A stretch of DNA of 64,000 nucleotides from Minisyncoccota bacterium (GTDB taxonomy: Bacteria > Patescibacteriota > Minisyncoccia > Phycocordibacterales > UBA9973), in the NCBI GenBank assembly GCA_041664285.1, contig JBAYLA010000004.1, positions 3,171 through 67,170 on the forward strand, given 5' to 3'. The translations under genes were made by a program, and so were the position numbers. This document shows, one piece after another, positions 17,996 through 28,796 of the stretch (its first letter is position 1; each line of letters begins with the position of its first letter). The notes beneath the pieces are model-generated. The model was not told the DNA's origin and did not search any database. It saw only the letters and a list, made by a program, of their open reading frames with translations.

Positions 17996-19240
17996 TTATT
18001 CATATCTCAAAGCCTCAATAGGGTCCATTTTGGCAGCTGAGCGAGCTGGAAAAACTCCGAAAAATATTCCGATCATCGCTGAAACTCCAAAACCGAGAAC
18101 AATTGCGTATATTGGTACAGAAAAAGTCCATGCCATATTCGCACTTTGGGCGATAAGATAAACTGCAAAACCTAAAAATGCTCCGAGTCCTATACCAATG
18201 ATTCCTCCAAAGATAGTAACTAAAATTGCTTCCGTCATAAATTCTTTCAAAATATCTGACTCCTTTGCTCCTAAGGCTTTTTTTAATCCGATTTCTGCTG
18301 TTCTTTCCGTCACTACCACATACATAATATTCATAATTCCTACGCCTCCCACCAAAAGAGAAATGGCAGCAATAGCAATAAGTAAATAAGTGATTCCATT
18401 AAAAATGGTATTAAAAATATCTAAAGCTTGTGCCTGTGTTTGAACAATAAAATCCTCTTTTGCTGAATCAGTGATGTGGTGATTGCTTCGTAAAATAATT
18501 TTTATTTGTTCGGCTGTGGCATCTGCTTCATTGATATCATTGAGGGCCACTACACCAACAGTGATATAGTCTACGCCAAGCATTTTCTTTTGAGCGGTGT
18601 TAAGTGGAAGAAAAACAGTTCCGTCAGTGTCAGAAAGCGCTCCTTGCGAAGTGTAAACACCGATCACTTGAAAATTCAAAGTGCCGAGCCGAAACAATTT
18701 TCCAACTGGATCATCTTGGCCAAAAAGATCTTTCGCTACCGTAGAACCCAAAATAGCTACTTGCGCTCCACCACTATCTTCAGCCTTGGTGAAAAATCTA
18801 CCGGAAGACAGAGTAGTTTTATCAATATCAAATCTTTCAGCTCCGGTTCCGTAATAAATTGCACTTTTCTTATTGTTTCGATAAACTGCCACTGCTTGGC
18901 CCGTAATAATGCCATAACTTCCGGCCACATTTTGTAATTTATTTATATCATTTAAATCACGCTGTTTAAAGCTACTGATAATCACTCCCACCAAAGCGCC
19001 TCCAGGACCATCGGAGATAGCATTGGCATTTTTAGTAGCTGAAGGAACATGCGTTTGCACAAATAAAGTATTACTTCCGAGAGTAGCGACTTCTGCATCT
19101 ATCAGAGAGCGAAAACCAGCACCGGCAGAGAGAACCAAAATAACCGTACCGATGCCGATAATAATACCAAGCATTGTTAAAAAAGTTCTACCTTTGTTGG
19201 CTCTCAGGGCTTTGATAGATTGTTTAAATGTTTTTATCAT
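17996..19240 (-). CDS. MacB/FtsX-family ABC transporter permease
   Basis: LTMLGIIIG, VGGVGIMNIM..V.ERT.EIG, DPIEALRYE. Confidence 0.93.
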   Translation of the reverse strand: MIKTFKQSIKALRANKGRTFLTMLGIIIGIGTVILVLSAGAGFRSLIDAEVATLGSNTLFVQTHVPSATKNANAISDGPGGALVGVIISSFKQRDLNDINKLQNVAGSYGIITGQAVAVYRNNKKSAIYYGTGAERFDIDKTTLSSGRFFTKAEDSGGAQVAILGSTVAKDLFGQDDPVGKLFRLGTLNFQVIGVYTSQGALSDTDGTVFLPLNTAQKKMLGVDYITVGVVALNDINEADATAEQIKIILRSNHHITDSAKEDFIVQTQAQALDIFNTIFNGITYLLIAIAAISLLVGGVGIMNIMYVVVTERTAEIGLKKALGAKESDILKEFMTEAILVTIFGGIIGIGLGAFLGFAVYLIAQSANMAWTFSVPIYAIVLGFGVSAMIGIFFGVFPARSAAKMDPIEALRYE

Positions 19241-19242
19241 AA

Positions 19243-20514
19243 TTATTCATATCTTAAAGCATCAATTGGATTCAACCTAGAAGCTTTGAGTGAAGGATAG
19301 AGTCCAAAGATTACTCCAGTTAAAACAGAAACACCGACCGCCAACACGACAGAAGTAATTGAAATAACAAAATCCCAATCAAAACCTAAATACTTCATTA
19401 AGAGTGCCATCAAATACGAAATTATTATTCCAAAAATAATGCCGATTACTCCACCAATCAAGGTCAGAGTTCCAGCTTCAAGTAAAAATTGTCTCATAAT
19501 CATACTGTTTGTTGCACCAACCGCCTTACGCAATCCAATCTCGCGAGTTCTCTCTGCCACAGTAGCTAACATAATATTTAAAATTCCGATACCCCCGACA
19601 GCTAGAGCAATGGCAGCCATAGAGGTTAAAAATAAAGACAAGGCATTGGTAATAGTTTTTAAAATATCCACGGCAGCCGCTACATTTCTTATAGTAAAAT
19701 CAATATCATCGTCCGTCATAATATGGTGTCTTTGTTTTAATACAGTAGTTACATCATTAATAGTTTGATCAATATTTTCAGCTGAATCCACTTTTATACT
19801 TATCATTTGTAAATAATGAATACCTAAAAGCTGACTTTGGGCAATTGTAAGCGGTATAAAAATTTGATCATCTTGGTCTTGAAAAAAAGCACTGCCTCTT
19901 TTTTCTATCACTCCGACAATACGCAATGGTATACCGCCCGCATCCTGTTGTGAGCTACTTCTGACCTTAACAACCTGTCCAATAGGATCCACCCCCGTAC
20001 CAGAAAATAAAGCATCGGCTACCTTGGAACCCAAAACAACCACCTTACTTCCTCCTTTGTTGGCGGTCTCATCAATAAAGGTTCCAGAGCTCATAGTAAA
20101 ATTAACTACTTGTGCATACCCAAAATCAGTACCGATAAAATTTGTTTCAGTATTTTTATTTTGCCAAACCACTGTACCAACACCTCGAACCATAGCATTA
20201 ACTCCAACGGCATGAGGAACCTGGGAAGTAGAACGCAGGGCATCAGCATCGGGTTCAATTAAGCTAGTAACAACTACACCGTAAACTTGAGCAGGTGGAC
20301 CCTTGGGATCACTTTTCCCAGGTTGAACAGAAAGAAGATTAGAACCAAGTTTATTTACTTGACCAAGAACCAGAGATTGAGCTCCAGCACCAAGTGAAAT
20401 GATAATAATCACCCCTGCCACTCCAATCACGATTCCAAGCATAGTAAGAGCTGATCTTCCTTTCCTGGAAAGCAAGCTACGCACAGTCATTTTAATGGTT
20501 GAAAAAAAATTCAT
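19243..20514 (-). CDS. MacB/FtsX-family ABC transporter permease (paralog)
   Basis: LTMLGIVIG, VGGIGILNIM, ERTREIGLRKAVGA, NPIDALRYE. Confidence 0.93.
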   Translation of the reverse strand: MNFFSTIKMTVRSLLSRKGRSALTMLGIVIGVAGVIIIISLGAGAQSLVLGQVNKLGSNLLSVQPGKSDPKGPPAQVYGVVVTSLIEPDADALRSTSQVPHAVGVNAMVRGVGTVVWQNKNTETNFIGTDFGYAQVVNFTMSSGTFIDETANKGGSKVVVLGSKVADALFSGTGVDPIGQVVKVRSSSQQDAGGIPLRIVGVIEKRGSAFFQDQDDQIFIPLTIAQSQLLGIHYLQMISIKVDSAENIDQTINDVTTVLKQRHHIMTDDDIDFTIRNVAAAVDILKTITNALSLFLTSMAAIALAVGGIGILNIMLATVAERTREIGLRKAVGATNSMIMRQFLLEAGTLTLIGGVIGIIFGIIISYLMALLMKYLGFDWDFVISITSVVLAVGVSVLTGVIFGLYPSLKASRLNPIDALRYE

Positions 20515-20581
20515 CCTAGTACTAAAATTTTAAATTGTAATTAATAGTAGTCATACTTTTTACTCAAAAATTTAGTACGGG
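20515..20581. repeat. Intergenic inverted-repeat element
   Basis: cctagtactaaaatttt...aaaaatttagtacggg fills most of the gap between ATPase and permease genes. Confidence 0.5.
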
Positions 20582-20588
20582 ACAGTTA

Positions 20589-21305
20589 CTACTTATTCAA
20601 AACTCCATCCGAAGTAGCTATCGTTCTTTTTAGAACTTTTTCATCTCCAACAATCATCCCGTCTTTAATATAAATTATTCTCTTCGCATGATTAGCAGTG
20701 TCCATCTCGTGAGTAACTAAAATAATTGTGTGACCTCGATCATTTAACCTTTGTAAAATCTCTAAGACAGCATTACCAGACTTAGAATCAAGGTTGCCAG
20801 TCGGCTCATCAGCAAAAATAACAGCCGGATCACAGACTAAAGCTCTCGCTATGGCCACACGCTGTTTCTCTCCTCCAGAAATTTGATTTGTAAAGAAATC
20901 AAGACGATGAGAGAGACCAACATCAGCCAGAGCTTTCTTAGCCAAATTATCATGATCTTTTTTATTACTATAAATAAGTGGGAGCTTAACATTGTCGAGA
21001 ACAGTAGTACGAGTTAAAAGGTTAAACGATTGAAAAACGAATCCAATACGTTCGTTTCGAAGTTTAGCCAAATAATCTTTGTCGAAATCTTTTGTATCTT
21101 GACCTTCAAATTCATAGATCCCAGAGCTTGCTTTATCTAAAAAACTTAAAATATGCATTAGGGTTGATTTACCAGAACCAGAAGGCCCCATAATAGCCAC
21201 AAATTCTCCTTGCTCCATACTAAAATCAATACCATGAAGGACATTAGTAATTACTCCTTCATTTTCATAATCTTTTTTTAAATTTTCTGTTTTGATTATT
21301 GGCAC
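20589..21305 (-). CDS. ABC transporter ATP-binding protein (LolD/MacB type)
   Basis: [33 protein letters not shown]. Confidence 0.95.
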   Translation of the reverse strand: MPIIKTENLKKDYENEGVITNVLHGIDFSMEQGEFVAIMGPSGSGKSTLMHILSFLDKASSGIYEFEGQDTKDFDKDYLAKLRNERIGFVFQSFNLLTRTTVLDNVKLPLIYSNKKDHDNLAKKALADVGLSHRLDFFTNQISGGEKQRVAIARALVCDPAVIFADEPTGNLDSKSGNAVLEILQRLNDRGHTIILVTHEMDTANHAKRIIYIKDGMIVGDEKVLKRTIATSDGVLNK

Positions 21306-21313
21306 CGCAAAAT

Positions 21314-22762
21314 TTATTTCATATAAGTTACTATCTCCTCTCCTGCATTTAATCCAGAGATAATTTCTACTAGACCACCATCTGCCTCTAATCCAGTTTG
21401 TACTGCCATCTCACTGTAAGTTTTCTTTTTTGAGTCATTAATAACTCTTACAGAGTGTTGACCGTTTTTATTGAGAATAGAACTTGATGGAACAACTAGA
21501 ACATTTTTTTTCTCGGCTACTGTTATGGTCATATTCGCAGTCATCCCTGGTTTTACTTCTGGAATTTTTTCTAAACTGCCGGTAACTTTGTAATTAACTA
21601 CACCGGACACAACCGTCGAAGCAGGGTTTACGGTCAATACTTTAGTTGTAAAGTGTTTATCTGGACCAAGCGCATCAAAAGTATTATCAATTGATTGCCC
21701 CACTACAACCATTGCAATATCAGCTTCACTCACTAGGGCTTCAGTATGCAATTCTCCAACATTAAGTAACTTTATTATTTCTTGTGAAGCTTGAGCAAAT
21801 TCTCCAACTTTTATATCTACCTGAGTAATAGTGCCACTAGAAGGAGCAACGATCTTGGCATTCTGTATTTTTACCATTATGCTTTCTATGCTTGCTTCCG
21901 CTTGAGCTATTTGGGCATCAGCGATAGAAGAAGAATTATCTGTACTTTTTAAATTCGCTTCTGCGTCAGCAATCGCCTTAATACGTGTTTCGAGAGCAGA
22001 CTGATAAGCATTATAATTCGTCAAGTAATTCGCAGCCTTTTTATTTGGAATTTCAATTATCCAATCTTCTGTACCTATTTGAGCAGAAGTAGACTTGATA
22101 TATAAACCAGAATTACCGATTGGTTGAGCAGTAATACTATTCATCATTCCATAACCAGTAGTTAAGCCAGAGGCAGTAAAACTCATTCCACCAGCACTAT
22201 TGTAGAAATGTAAATTGATGATTCCTTCTTTGTCTAAAATGTAATTACCACTGATGGTTGGAGCTTGGTAATTTTGAGTATTGTCACTGGGAATTGCTTC
22301 GAGGGTGGAGTTGAGAAGGTTAGTGTATGCATTTTTTACTAAAAGATCTTGTTGAGTAGTAACATTCACAACATTGTTTTCTGAAGAAGATGCTTGTTGT
22401 TTAGCAATAGTTAGACTTGCTTGCGCGCTATGAAGTTGTGCTAAAAGATCTCTAGTGTCAAGTTCTACTAAGGTTTGACCCACAGAAACTACATCACCTT
22501 CTTTGACTAAAACTTTTTTTACCACACCACTTGACTGCAAACTCAAACTCAAATCAGTAGAACTAACAACTTGTCCAGTAGCAAGAACTGTTTTTTGGAT
22601 ATCTTGTTTTTGAACAGTACCAGTCTGAATGCCACTAATATCTGTTTTTGGTTTAAAGATAAGCCAACTAACAAGCAATAACAACAAGACAATCACCGTC
22701 CAGATAATTTTCTTTTTAGTAAAAAATGTCTTTATTCTCATTAAAATTGTGATAAACTGCAT
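21314..22762 (-). CDS. Efflux periplasmic adaptor (HlyD/MacA-like)
   Basis: SG.V..V.VKEGD.V..GQ.L..LD, APSSG.I, KPGMTAN. Confidence 0.9.
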   Translation of the reverse strand: MQFITILMRIKTFFTKKKIIWTVIVLLLLLVSWLIFKPKTDISGIQTGTVQKQDIQKTVLATGQVVSSTDLSLSLQSSGVVKKVLVKEGDVVSVGQTLVELDTRDLLAQLHSAQASLTIAKQQASSSENNVVNVTTQQDLLVKNAYTNLLNSTLEAIPSDNTQNYQAPTISGNYILDKEGIINLHFYNSAGGMSFTASGLTTGYGMMNSITAQPIGNSGLYIKSTSAQIGTEDWIIEIPNKKAANYLTNYNAYQSALETRIKAIADAEANLKSTDNSSSIADAQIAQAEASIESIMVKIQNAKIVAPSSGTITQVDIKVGEFAQASQEIIKLLNVGELHTEALVSEADIAMVVVGQSIDNTFDALGPDKHFTTKVLTVNPASTVVSGVVNYKVTGSLEKIPEVKPGMTANMTITVAEKKNVLVVPSSSILNKNGQHSVRVINDSKKKTYSEMAVQTGLEADGGLVEIISGLNAGEEIVTYMK

Positions 22763-22796
22763 ATTTACTAGTTATACCACAAAGTTTAAAATTAAT

Positions 22797-23525
22797 CTAT
22801 TGTAGAGTTATCTCAATTTTTGCTTTTGCCCGCAGAGAAGCAATAAAATCAACCACTAAAACTTGTTGCTTATTGGAAATAATATTTTGTTTAATTTGAT
22901 TACTTATATCTTTTAAGGCTGGCACAACCGCTTTAGCGTTTTTAGCCTTTTGCTCTTTGCTGTAATCTGTATAAAGCTGGGCAATCTCAGCATCACTAAC
23001 AATTATTGATTTTGTATCGATATTTTGTAATAAGTATTGTTGAGCCGCAAGCTGCTTGGAGATATTGTCTCGTAATTGTGCTTCTGTTAACTTGTTTTTA
23101 ACAAGCTCAGCTTTAAGCGCATCTGCCCCACCTAATTGAGTTAATATGATTTGAAATTGTTTTTCTATTTCCTCTGCTGTAACTTTTATTCCAGAGGCTT
23201 CTACTCCTTGAGATATTAATTTATCAGCTATAAGATTATCTAAAACCTGTGTTTTAATTTGAGAAAGTTTAGTTACGTCTGTAACATCAACACCTTGTGT
23301 TTTGTATAAATCAAGACTATTTGCAAGCTGTGTCTCATAATCTGCTTTAGTGATGATATCTCCGTTTACGTTTGCAACACTGGCAACATTGTTATTTATA
23401 GGAATTTGTATTTTATTTTTTCCAAAAACAAAATAACCCACTATTGCCAAAATAACCAACACCAATACTATTATCGGAATAATTTTATTTTTAATATCTA
23501 GATTTTTTTCTATGTTTTCTTCCAT
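22797..23525 (-). CDS. SurA N-terminal-domain (PrsA-like) chaperone
   Basis: N-terminal TM segment, VA.VNG..IT, LD.LI...LI.Q, LRAKAKIE. Confidence 0.8.
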   Translation of the reverse strand: MEENIEKNLDIKNKIIPIIVLVLVILAIVGYFVFGKNKIQIPINNNVASVANVNGDIITKADYETQLANSLDLYKTQGVDVTDVTKLSQIKTQVLDNLIADKLISQGVEASGIKVTAEEIEKQFQIILTQLGGADALKAELVKNKLTEAQLRDNISKQLAAQQYLLQNIDTKSIIVSDAEIAQLYTDYSKEQKAKNAKAVVPALKDISNQIKQNIISNKQQVLVVDFIASLRAKAKIEITLQ

Positions 23526-23598
23526 ATATTTGTATGATTAATTTTATAATTTTTTAACTTAATTAGTTTACCATACACAAAAACACAAAGAAAGTTAT

Positions 23599-23627
23599 TT
23601 GCCTTTTTGATTCTAATATGCAATAAT
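23599..23627 (+). promoter_or_regulatory. Leaderless promoter of secG
   Basis: TTGCCT-17 nt-(TGc)AATAAT-6 nt-ATG(23634). Confidence 0.55.
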
Positions 23628-23633
23628 CGCTTT

Positions 23634-23876
23634 ATGAATCTAGTAGCAAAAATTCTGCCTTATGCGCAGATTATCCTTTCAGTAATACTAGTGTCAGCAA
23701 TCTTGTTGCAACAATCTGCTGCTGGGCTGGGAGGCGCTTTAGGTGGAGGAGACACGCAGTCTTTTCATCACACTCGCCGAGGCTTTGAAAAGTTTCTTTT
23801 TTATTTGTCCCTTGTTTGTGGAATTCTTTTTGCTTTATTTGCTTTACTTAGTATAATACTAAAAACAAATAGCTAA
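23634..23876 (+). CDS. secG: Preprotein translocase subunit SecG
   Basis: ILLQ...AGLGG..GG......RRG.EK.L; start moved to MNLVAK. Confidence 0.9.
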   Translation: MNLVAKILPYAQIILSVILVSAILLQQSAAGLGGALGGGDTQSFHHTRRGFEKFLFYLSLVCGILFALFALLSIILKTNS

Positions 23877-23891
23877 TCTTTACTTTGTTTC

Positions 23892-25655
23892 ATGTCGTAT
23901 ATGGAAAATTTATATAGTCGTATTCGCAATTTTAAATTGCCTAAAAAAAAAGAAATCAATTCAATTTTTAATACTTTCTCAAAAAAAGAACGTACTGTTT
24001 TTGTTGTGCTATTGTCAACTCTCTTGATAAGTACAGTCTTAATACTAGAGAATATAAATAAATCTCTAATGATCAGTGTGCCACTCCATGGAGGTTCTAT
24101 CTCCGAAGGCATTATCGGTACTCCACGTTTTATAAATCCAATACTAGCAAATTCTCCCGTTGACCTTGATCTCGTTTCACTTATTTATTCAGGCCTAATG
24201 AGAAAAAATTCTGACGGTACCATGTTTCCAGACTTAGCAGAAAAATACGAAATATCTAAGGATGGTTTAACTTATACATTTACCTTAAAAGACAAAATAT
24301 ATTTTCAAGATGGAGAGCCTGTTACCGCAGATGATGTTATCTTTACTATAAATGAAATAAAAGATCCGATTATAAAAAGTCCACGAAAAGTAGATTGGGA
24401 TGGAGTAATTGCAACGAAAATAGACGACAAAACAATAGAATTTTCTTTAAAGAAACCTTATCCATCATTTTTGGAAAATTTAACACTTGGGATAATGCCT
24501 AAATACCTCTGGGATAATTCTTCCGTAGAACTAAACACTGCAAACACTTCTCCTATCGGTTCCGGACCTTATTTAATAAAAAACAACACCAAAGAATCAT
24601 CAGGAGTTATAAATTCTTACAAATTAGAATCATTCAAAAAATTTAGTTTAGGTGAGCCATATATTAATGAAGTAAATTTATATTTTTACTTAAACGAAAA
24701 TGACCTGATTCGTGCACTTGAAGATGGAGTGGTTAACCAAATAAGTTCTATCACTCCTCTAAACGCGGATATTTTAAAAGAAAGAAATTATCAAATGGAA
24801 TCTTACATTTTACCAAGAATCTTTGGTCTTTTCTTTAATCAAAATAAAAACCAGCTTTTTACTGACAAAGTAATCACCAAAGCCATTAACCAGGCAATAG
24901 ATAAAAATAAAATAGTGCAAGAAGTTCTCTTTGGTTATGGGGTCACCATTGATGGACCTATACCACCTAATATGATTGCTTACCAAAAATTATCTGAAGC
25001 AGTTAATCCTTCTCGCGAAGTTTTATTGCAAAATATACAAAATAGTTTGGCCAAAGACGGTTGGTCTAAAGGCCCAGATGGATTCTTGCAAAAAATTACC
25101 ACCAATAAAAACAAAAAGAAAACTACTGTAAACCTAGAATTCTCTATCTCTACAGGAAACGCCGAGGAGCTCACAAAAACAGCCGAAATAATTAAACAAA
25201 ATTTATCTGAAGTTGGGATAAAGGTTGATATAAAAACTTTCGAAATTGGTAATTTGAATCAAAGTGTAATTCGTCCACGTGAATATGATTCTCTGTTGTT
25301 CGGACAAATCGTTAATCGTGAATCTGATCTATTCGCTTTTTGGCATTCTTCCCAAAGAAAAGATCCTGGACTAAATGTCGCTATGTATACTAATGCAAAA
25401 GTGGATAAAATTTTAGAAGATGCAGCTGTAACAGTTAATGAACAGTCTAGAATTAACAAATATATACAATTTGAAGATGAGATAAAAAAAGATATGCCGG
25501 CAGTTTTCTTGTATAGTCCTGAATTTATTTATGTAATATCAAAAAATTTAAACGGTCTTTTTATTGATCATATCGTCTCCCCAGCAGATCGTTTTTCAAA
25601 TATCTATTCATGGTATATCGAAACAGAAAACGTTTGGAAAATATTTAATAAATAA
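23892..25655 (+). CDS. Family-5 (OppA/DppA-like) solute-binding protein with membrane anchor
   Basis: LIYSGL, PDLAE...S.DG.TYTF.LK, DG.P.TADDV.FT, PIGSGPY. Confidence 0.9.
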   Translation: MSYMENLYSRIRNFKLPKKKEINSIFNTFSKKERTVFVVLLSTLLISTVLILENINKSLMISVPLHGGSISEGIIGTPRFINPILANSPVDLDLVSLIYSGLMRKNSDGTMFPDLAEKYEISKDGLTYTFTLKDKIYFQDGEPVTADDVIFTINEIKDPIIKSPRKVDWDGVIATKIDDKTIEFSLKKPYPSFLENLTLGIMPKYLWDNSSVELNTANTSPIGSGPYLIKNNTKESSGVINSYKLESFKKFSLGEPYINEVNLYFYLNENDLIRALEDGVVNQISSITPLNADILKERNYQMESYILPRIFGLFFNQNKNQLFTDKVITKAINQAIDKNKIVQEVLFGYGVTIDGPIPPNMIAYQKLSEAVNPSREVLLQNIQNSLAKDGWSKGPDGFLQKITTNKNKKKTTVNLEFSISTGNAEELTKTAEIIKQNLSEVGIKVDIKTFEIGNLNQSVIRPREYDSLLFGQIVNRESDLFAFWHSSQRKDPGLNVAMYTNAKVDKILEDAAVTVNEQSRINKYIQFEDEIKKDMPAVFLYSPEFIYVISKNLNGLFIDHIVSPADRFSNIYSWYIETENVWKIFNK

Positions 25656-25660
25656 TTATT

Positions 25661-27628
25661 ATGTTAAAAAAAACAAGACTCTCTTTTTCTTCTCTTAAAA
25701 TTGACGAAAAAGACAAAAAGGAAAATAAAATGCCTGCTCATAATGCACCACATGGTTATGCTAAAGGATCTGCCCGCCATTCGGCAGGCGGGGAATACAA
25801 GAAAAAAATAACTAAAAGTTCTACTTATCAATACACCCAAAAAAGATTTGGGAAAAATTCTCCTGCTCGCCCATTTGGAGGAAAAAACCAATATAAAATT
25901 TCAAGCGGTAAAATACCACCTCCGGAAAAAGGAGTAATTCGCATTATTCCACTCGGTGGAGTAGAAGAAATTGGTAAAAATATGACCGCCATAGAAATAG
26001 GTAATGATATTATCGTGGTAGACGCTGGAATGCATTTTTCAAACGAAGCAACTCCCGGAGTTGATTACGTTATTCCAAATACAACTTATCTAGAAGAACG
26101 CAAAGATAAAATACGTGCATTAATAATTACTCATGGACACCTAGACCATATCGGAGGTGTGCCACTAGTCCTTTCTCGCATAGGTAATCCTCCTGTATAT
26201 TCGAGGAATATTTCTATTCTTTTAATAAAAAAACGTCAAGATGAATTTCCTCACCTTCCGCCACTAAAAGCAATAACAATAGAAAAAGATGGAACAATAA
26301 TGTGTGGTGAAACTAAAGTTAGATTTTTTGGTGTTACTCACACTATTCCTGATGCGCTTGGTATTATTATTGAAACAAATAACGGCTGGATTGTAACTCC
26401 AGGAGACTACAAGCTTGATCAAATTGATGGAATTGTTTCCAAAGAAGAAGAAAAGGAATATTCTATCTTTGACAAAGCAAAGGTACTTCTCTTAATGACA
26501 GATTCTACTAATATTGAAAATGAAGGATTTTCATTGCCGGAGATAAAAGTACATCAGGGATTAGAGAATTTAATTAAGAAAATTCCGGGACGAATAATTA
26601 TTGCAGCTTTCTCTTCATCAATTACCCGTCTAGCTTTTATGGTTAAGACAGCAGAAGCAATAGGAAAAAAAGTGGCAATTGATGGACGCTCAATGAAAAC
26701 AAATATGGATGTGGCTATTGAAGCAGGATTCTTTGCTCCCAAAAAAGGCACTATTATACCATTAGAAGAAGCAAGTAATTATCCTCCAAATAAAATGGTA
26801 ATTCTTATGACTGGAGCACAAGGGGAAGAATTTGCTTCACTTAATCGAGCAGCAAATAAATCACACAAAAAATTCTCTCTTCAAAAAGGAGATACAATTA
26901 TTCTTTCCTCATCTATCGTTCCTGGCAATGAACTTCAGGTTCAGAAAATGAAAGATGGTTTATCTCGCCAAGGTGTAAAAGTTATCAGTTACAGAACAAC
27001 TGGAGAGGATTTTGTACATGCAACAGGACACGGCAACCAAGAAGACATTAAATGGCTTCATAAAAAAACACATCCAAAATTTTTTATACCAATTCATGGA
27101 CACCATTCTTTTCTTGTAAAACATAAAGAGTTAGCAATAGAATGGGGTATGTCTGAAGAAAATATTATTGTCCCAGACAATGGCTCAATCATTGAGATAT
27201 CAGCTGATGGTAGAAAAATGACCATGAGAAAAGAACAAGCCCCAAGTGGTGCCATGCTAGTAGATGGAACCTCTATCAGTGATACTCAAGATGTAGTTAT
27301 CCGAGATCGTCAAATGCTTTCACAAGATGGAATGTTTGTCGTTATTGCCCTCCTTGATCAAAAAACTGGAAAATTAAAAAAATCTCCAGATTTAATTTCA
27401 CGTGGTTTCGTTTATTTAAAAGAAAATCAAGAACTTTTGCGTCAAGTAAGAATAATTATTAAAAATGGAGTAGAAAACTTTACCACTAAAATGCCAACTT
27501 CTTCTCATGGTGAAAAGATGGTAGACCTTGATATGATCAAAGCAAATTTAGGAGAAAGTATTTCAAAATTCTTATATCAAAAAACAGCCAAAAGACCTTT
27601 AGTAATACCTGTCATCTTGAGCGTCTAA
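25661..27628 (+). CDS. rnj: Ribonuclease J
   Basis: PLGGVEEIGKNM, THGHLDHIGG, TG.QGE, HATGH, PIHG. Confidence 0.95.
   Translation: MLKKTRLSFSSLKIDEKDKKENKMPAHNAPHGYAKGSARHSAGGEYKKKITKSSTYQYTQKRFGKNSPARPFGGKNQYKISSGKIPPPEKGVIRIIPLGGVEEIGKNMTAIEIGNDIIVVDAGMHFSNEATPGVDYVIPNTTYLEERKDKIRALIITHGHLDHIGGVPLVLSRIGNPPVYSRNISILLIKKRQDEFPHLPPLKAITIEKDGTIMCGETKVRFFGVTHTIPDALGIIIETNNGWIVTPGDYKLDQIDGIVSKEEEKEYSIFDKAKVLLLMTDSTNIENEGFSLPEIKVHQGLENLIKKIPGRIIIAAFSSSITRLAFMVKTAEAIGKKVAIDGRSMKTNMDVAIEAGFFAPKKGTIIPLEEASNYPPNKMVILMTGAQGEEFASLNRAANKSHKKFSLQKGDTIILSSSIVPGNELQVQKMKDGLSRQGVKVISYRTTGEDFVHATGHGNQEDIKWLHKKTHPKFFIPIHGHHSFLVKHKELAIEWGMSEENIIVPDNGSIIEISADGRKMTMRKEQAPSGAMLVDGTSISDTQDVVIRDRQMLSQDGMFVVIALLDQKTGKLKKSPDLISRGFVYLKENQELLRQVRIIIKNGVENFTTKMPTSSHGEKMVDLDMIKANLGESISKFLYQKTAKRPLVIPVILSV
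25731..25793. repeat. GC-rich palindromic segment in the rnj N-terminal extension (family C-related)
   Basis: ggatctgcccgccattcggcaggcggg; the preceding taaaatgcctgctcat is shared with murJ (8606-8621, reverse complement). Confidence 0.55.
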
Positions 27629-27632
27629 AAAA

Positions 27633-28796
27633 ATGAATTTAAAATTCAAACATTCATTTAAGTTTCTATATTACATAAGTTTTATTTTTTCAATCCAATA
27701 CGCCTTAGTGGTGTATGTAAACTCTAGTTTTCTAGAAATTAAAATTGGAGAAAGTTTGATTGGTATCGTCTTCACTATTGCTTCTTTTTTAAGTATTTTT
27801 GCTCTACTCCAAATTACTCATTTGTTAAATCGCCTAGGAAATTACAAATCTTCCATATTAATAATATTAGCTAATGTTGCTTCCCTCTTTTTAATGGGCT
27901 TCGGAAAATCAATTTTTTTAATTATTTTAGGATTCATTCTTTATAACATCACTAATTATTCTTTAATGTTTTCAAGAGATGTTTTTATTGAAGATGTAGC
28001 TGACCATAAAGCTATGGGTAAAACTCGTGGATTATTCCTTACTATTAGCAACATTGCTTGGGTTTTTGCTCCAATTATTTCAGGATTTATTATTACACGA
28101 TTTTCCTATTCCGGAGTTTATATTCTAGCAGCCCTTGTTTCTCTATCCTCAATATTTTTAATTTTTTCTTCTTTTAATAAATTTAGGGATCCAAAATATA
28201 GTAAAATTTCTTTACTTGAAACTTTTAAAAAAATCCTTGGAGATAAAAATTTAAAAAAAATTTTTGCTTCCGAATTTCTTTTACGTTTTTTTTATTCTTG
28301 GATGATAATCTATACTCCTATTTATTTACGCGAATATTTAAATTTTAGCTGGAGTGAAATTGGAATAATTTTCACTATAATGCTTATTCCTTTTGTAATA
28401 TTAGATTACCCATTAGGAATTTTGTCAGATAAAATTGGTGAAAAGAAAATATTGACTTTGGGTTTTTCTGTAATGGTTATTGCAACAATTTTAATGTTTT
28501 TTATTACAACATCAAATATTTTTATCTGGGGAATAATTTTATTTGCCACTCGAGTTGGAGCAGCTACAGTAGAAGTGATGAACGAAAGTTATTTTTTTAA
28601 AAAAATTAATTCCAGTGACACTGAACTAATCAGCTTTTTCCGAAACGCTTTCCCTGCATCATTAGTCATTTCACCCATTTTAGCCACAATCTTACTTGGT
28701 TTTTTAAGTCACCAATATCTCTTTCTTATTTTAGGACTAATATTAACGATAGGAATATATTTAAGTCTAACCTTAAGAGAAATTATCCATTCTTAA
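27633..28796 (+). CDS. MFS transporter
   Basis: 12 TM segments; PLG.LSDKIGEKK motif. Confidence 0.85.
   Translation: MNLKFKHSFKFLYYISFIFSIQYALVVYVNSSFLEIKIGESLIGIVFTIASFLSIFALLQITHLLNRLGNYKSSILIILANVASLFLMGFGKSIFLIILGFILYNITNYSLMFSRDVFIEDVADHKAMGKTRGLFLTISNIAWVFAPIISGFIITRFSYSGVYILAALVSLSSIFLIFSSFNKFRDPKYSKISLLETFKKILGDKNLKKIFASEFLLRFFYSWMIIYTPIYLREYLNFSWSEIGIIFTIMLIPFVILDYPLGILSDKIGEKKILTLGFSVMVIATILMFFITTSNIFIWGIILFATRVGAATVEVMNESYFFKKINSSDTELISFFRNAFPASLVISPILATILLGFLSHQYLFLILGLILTIGIYLSLTLREIIHS

Noticed and set aside
17996-22762. Duplicated ABC permeases as a novel system
   Set aside because: Adaptor, ATPase and two MacB-type permeases is a common arrangement.
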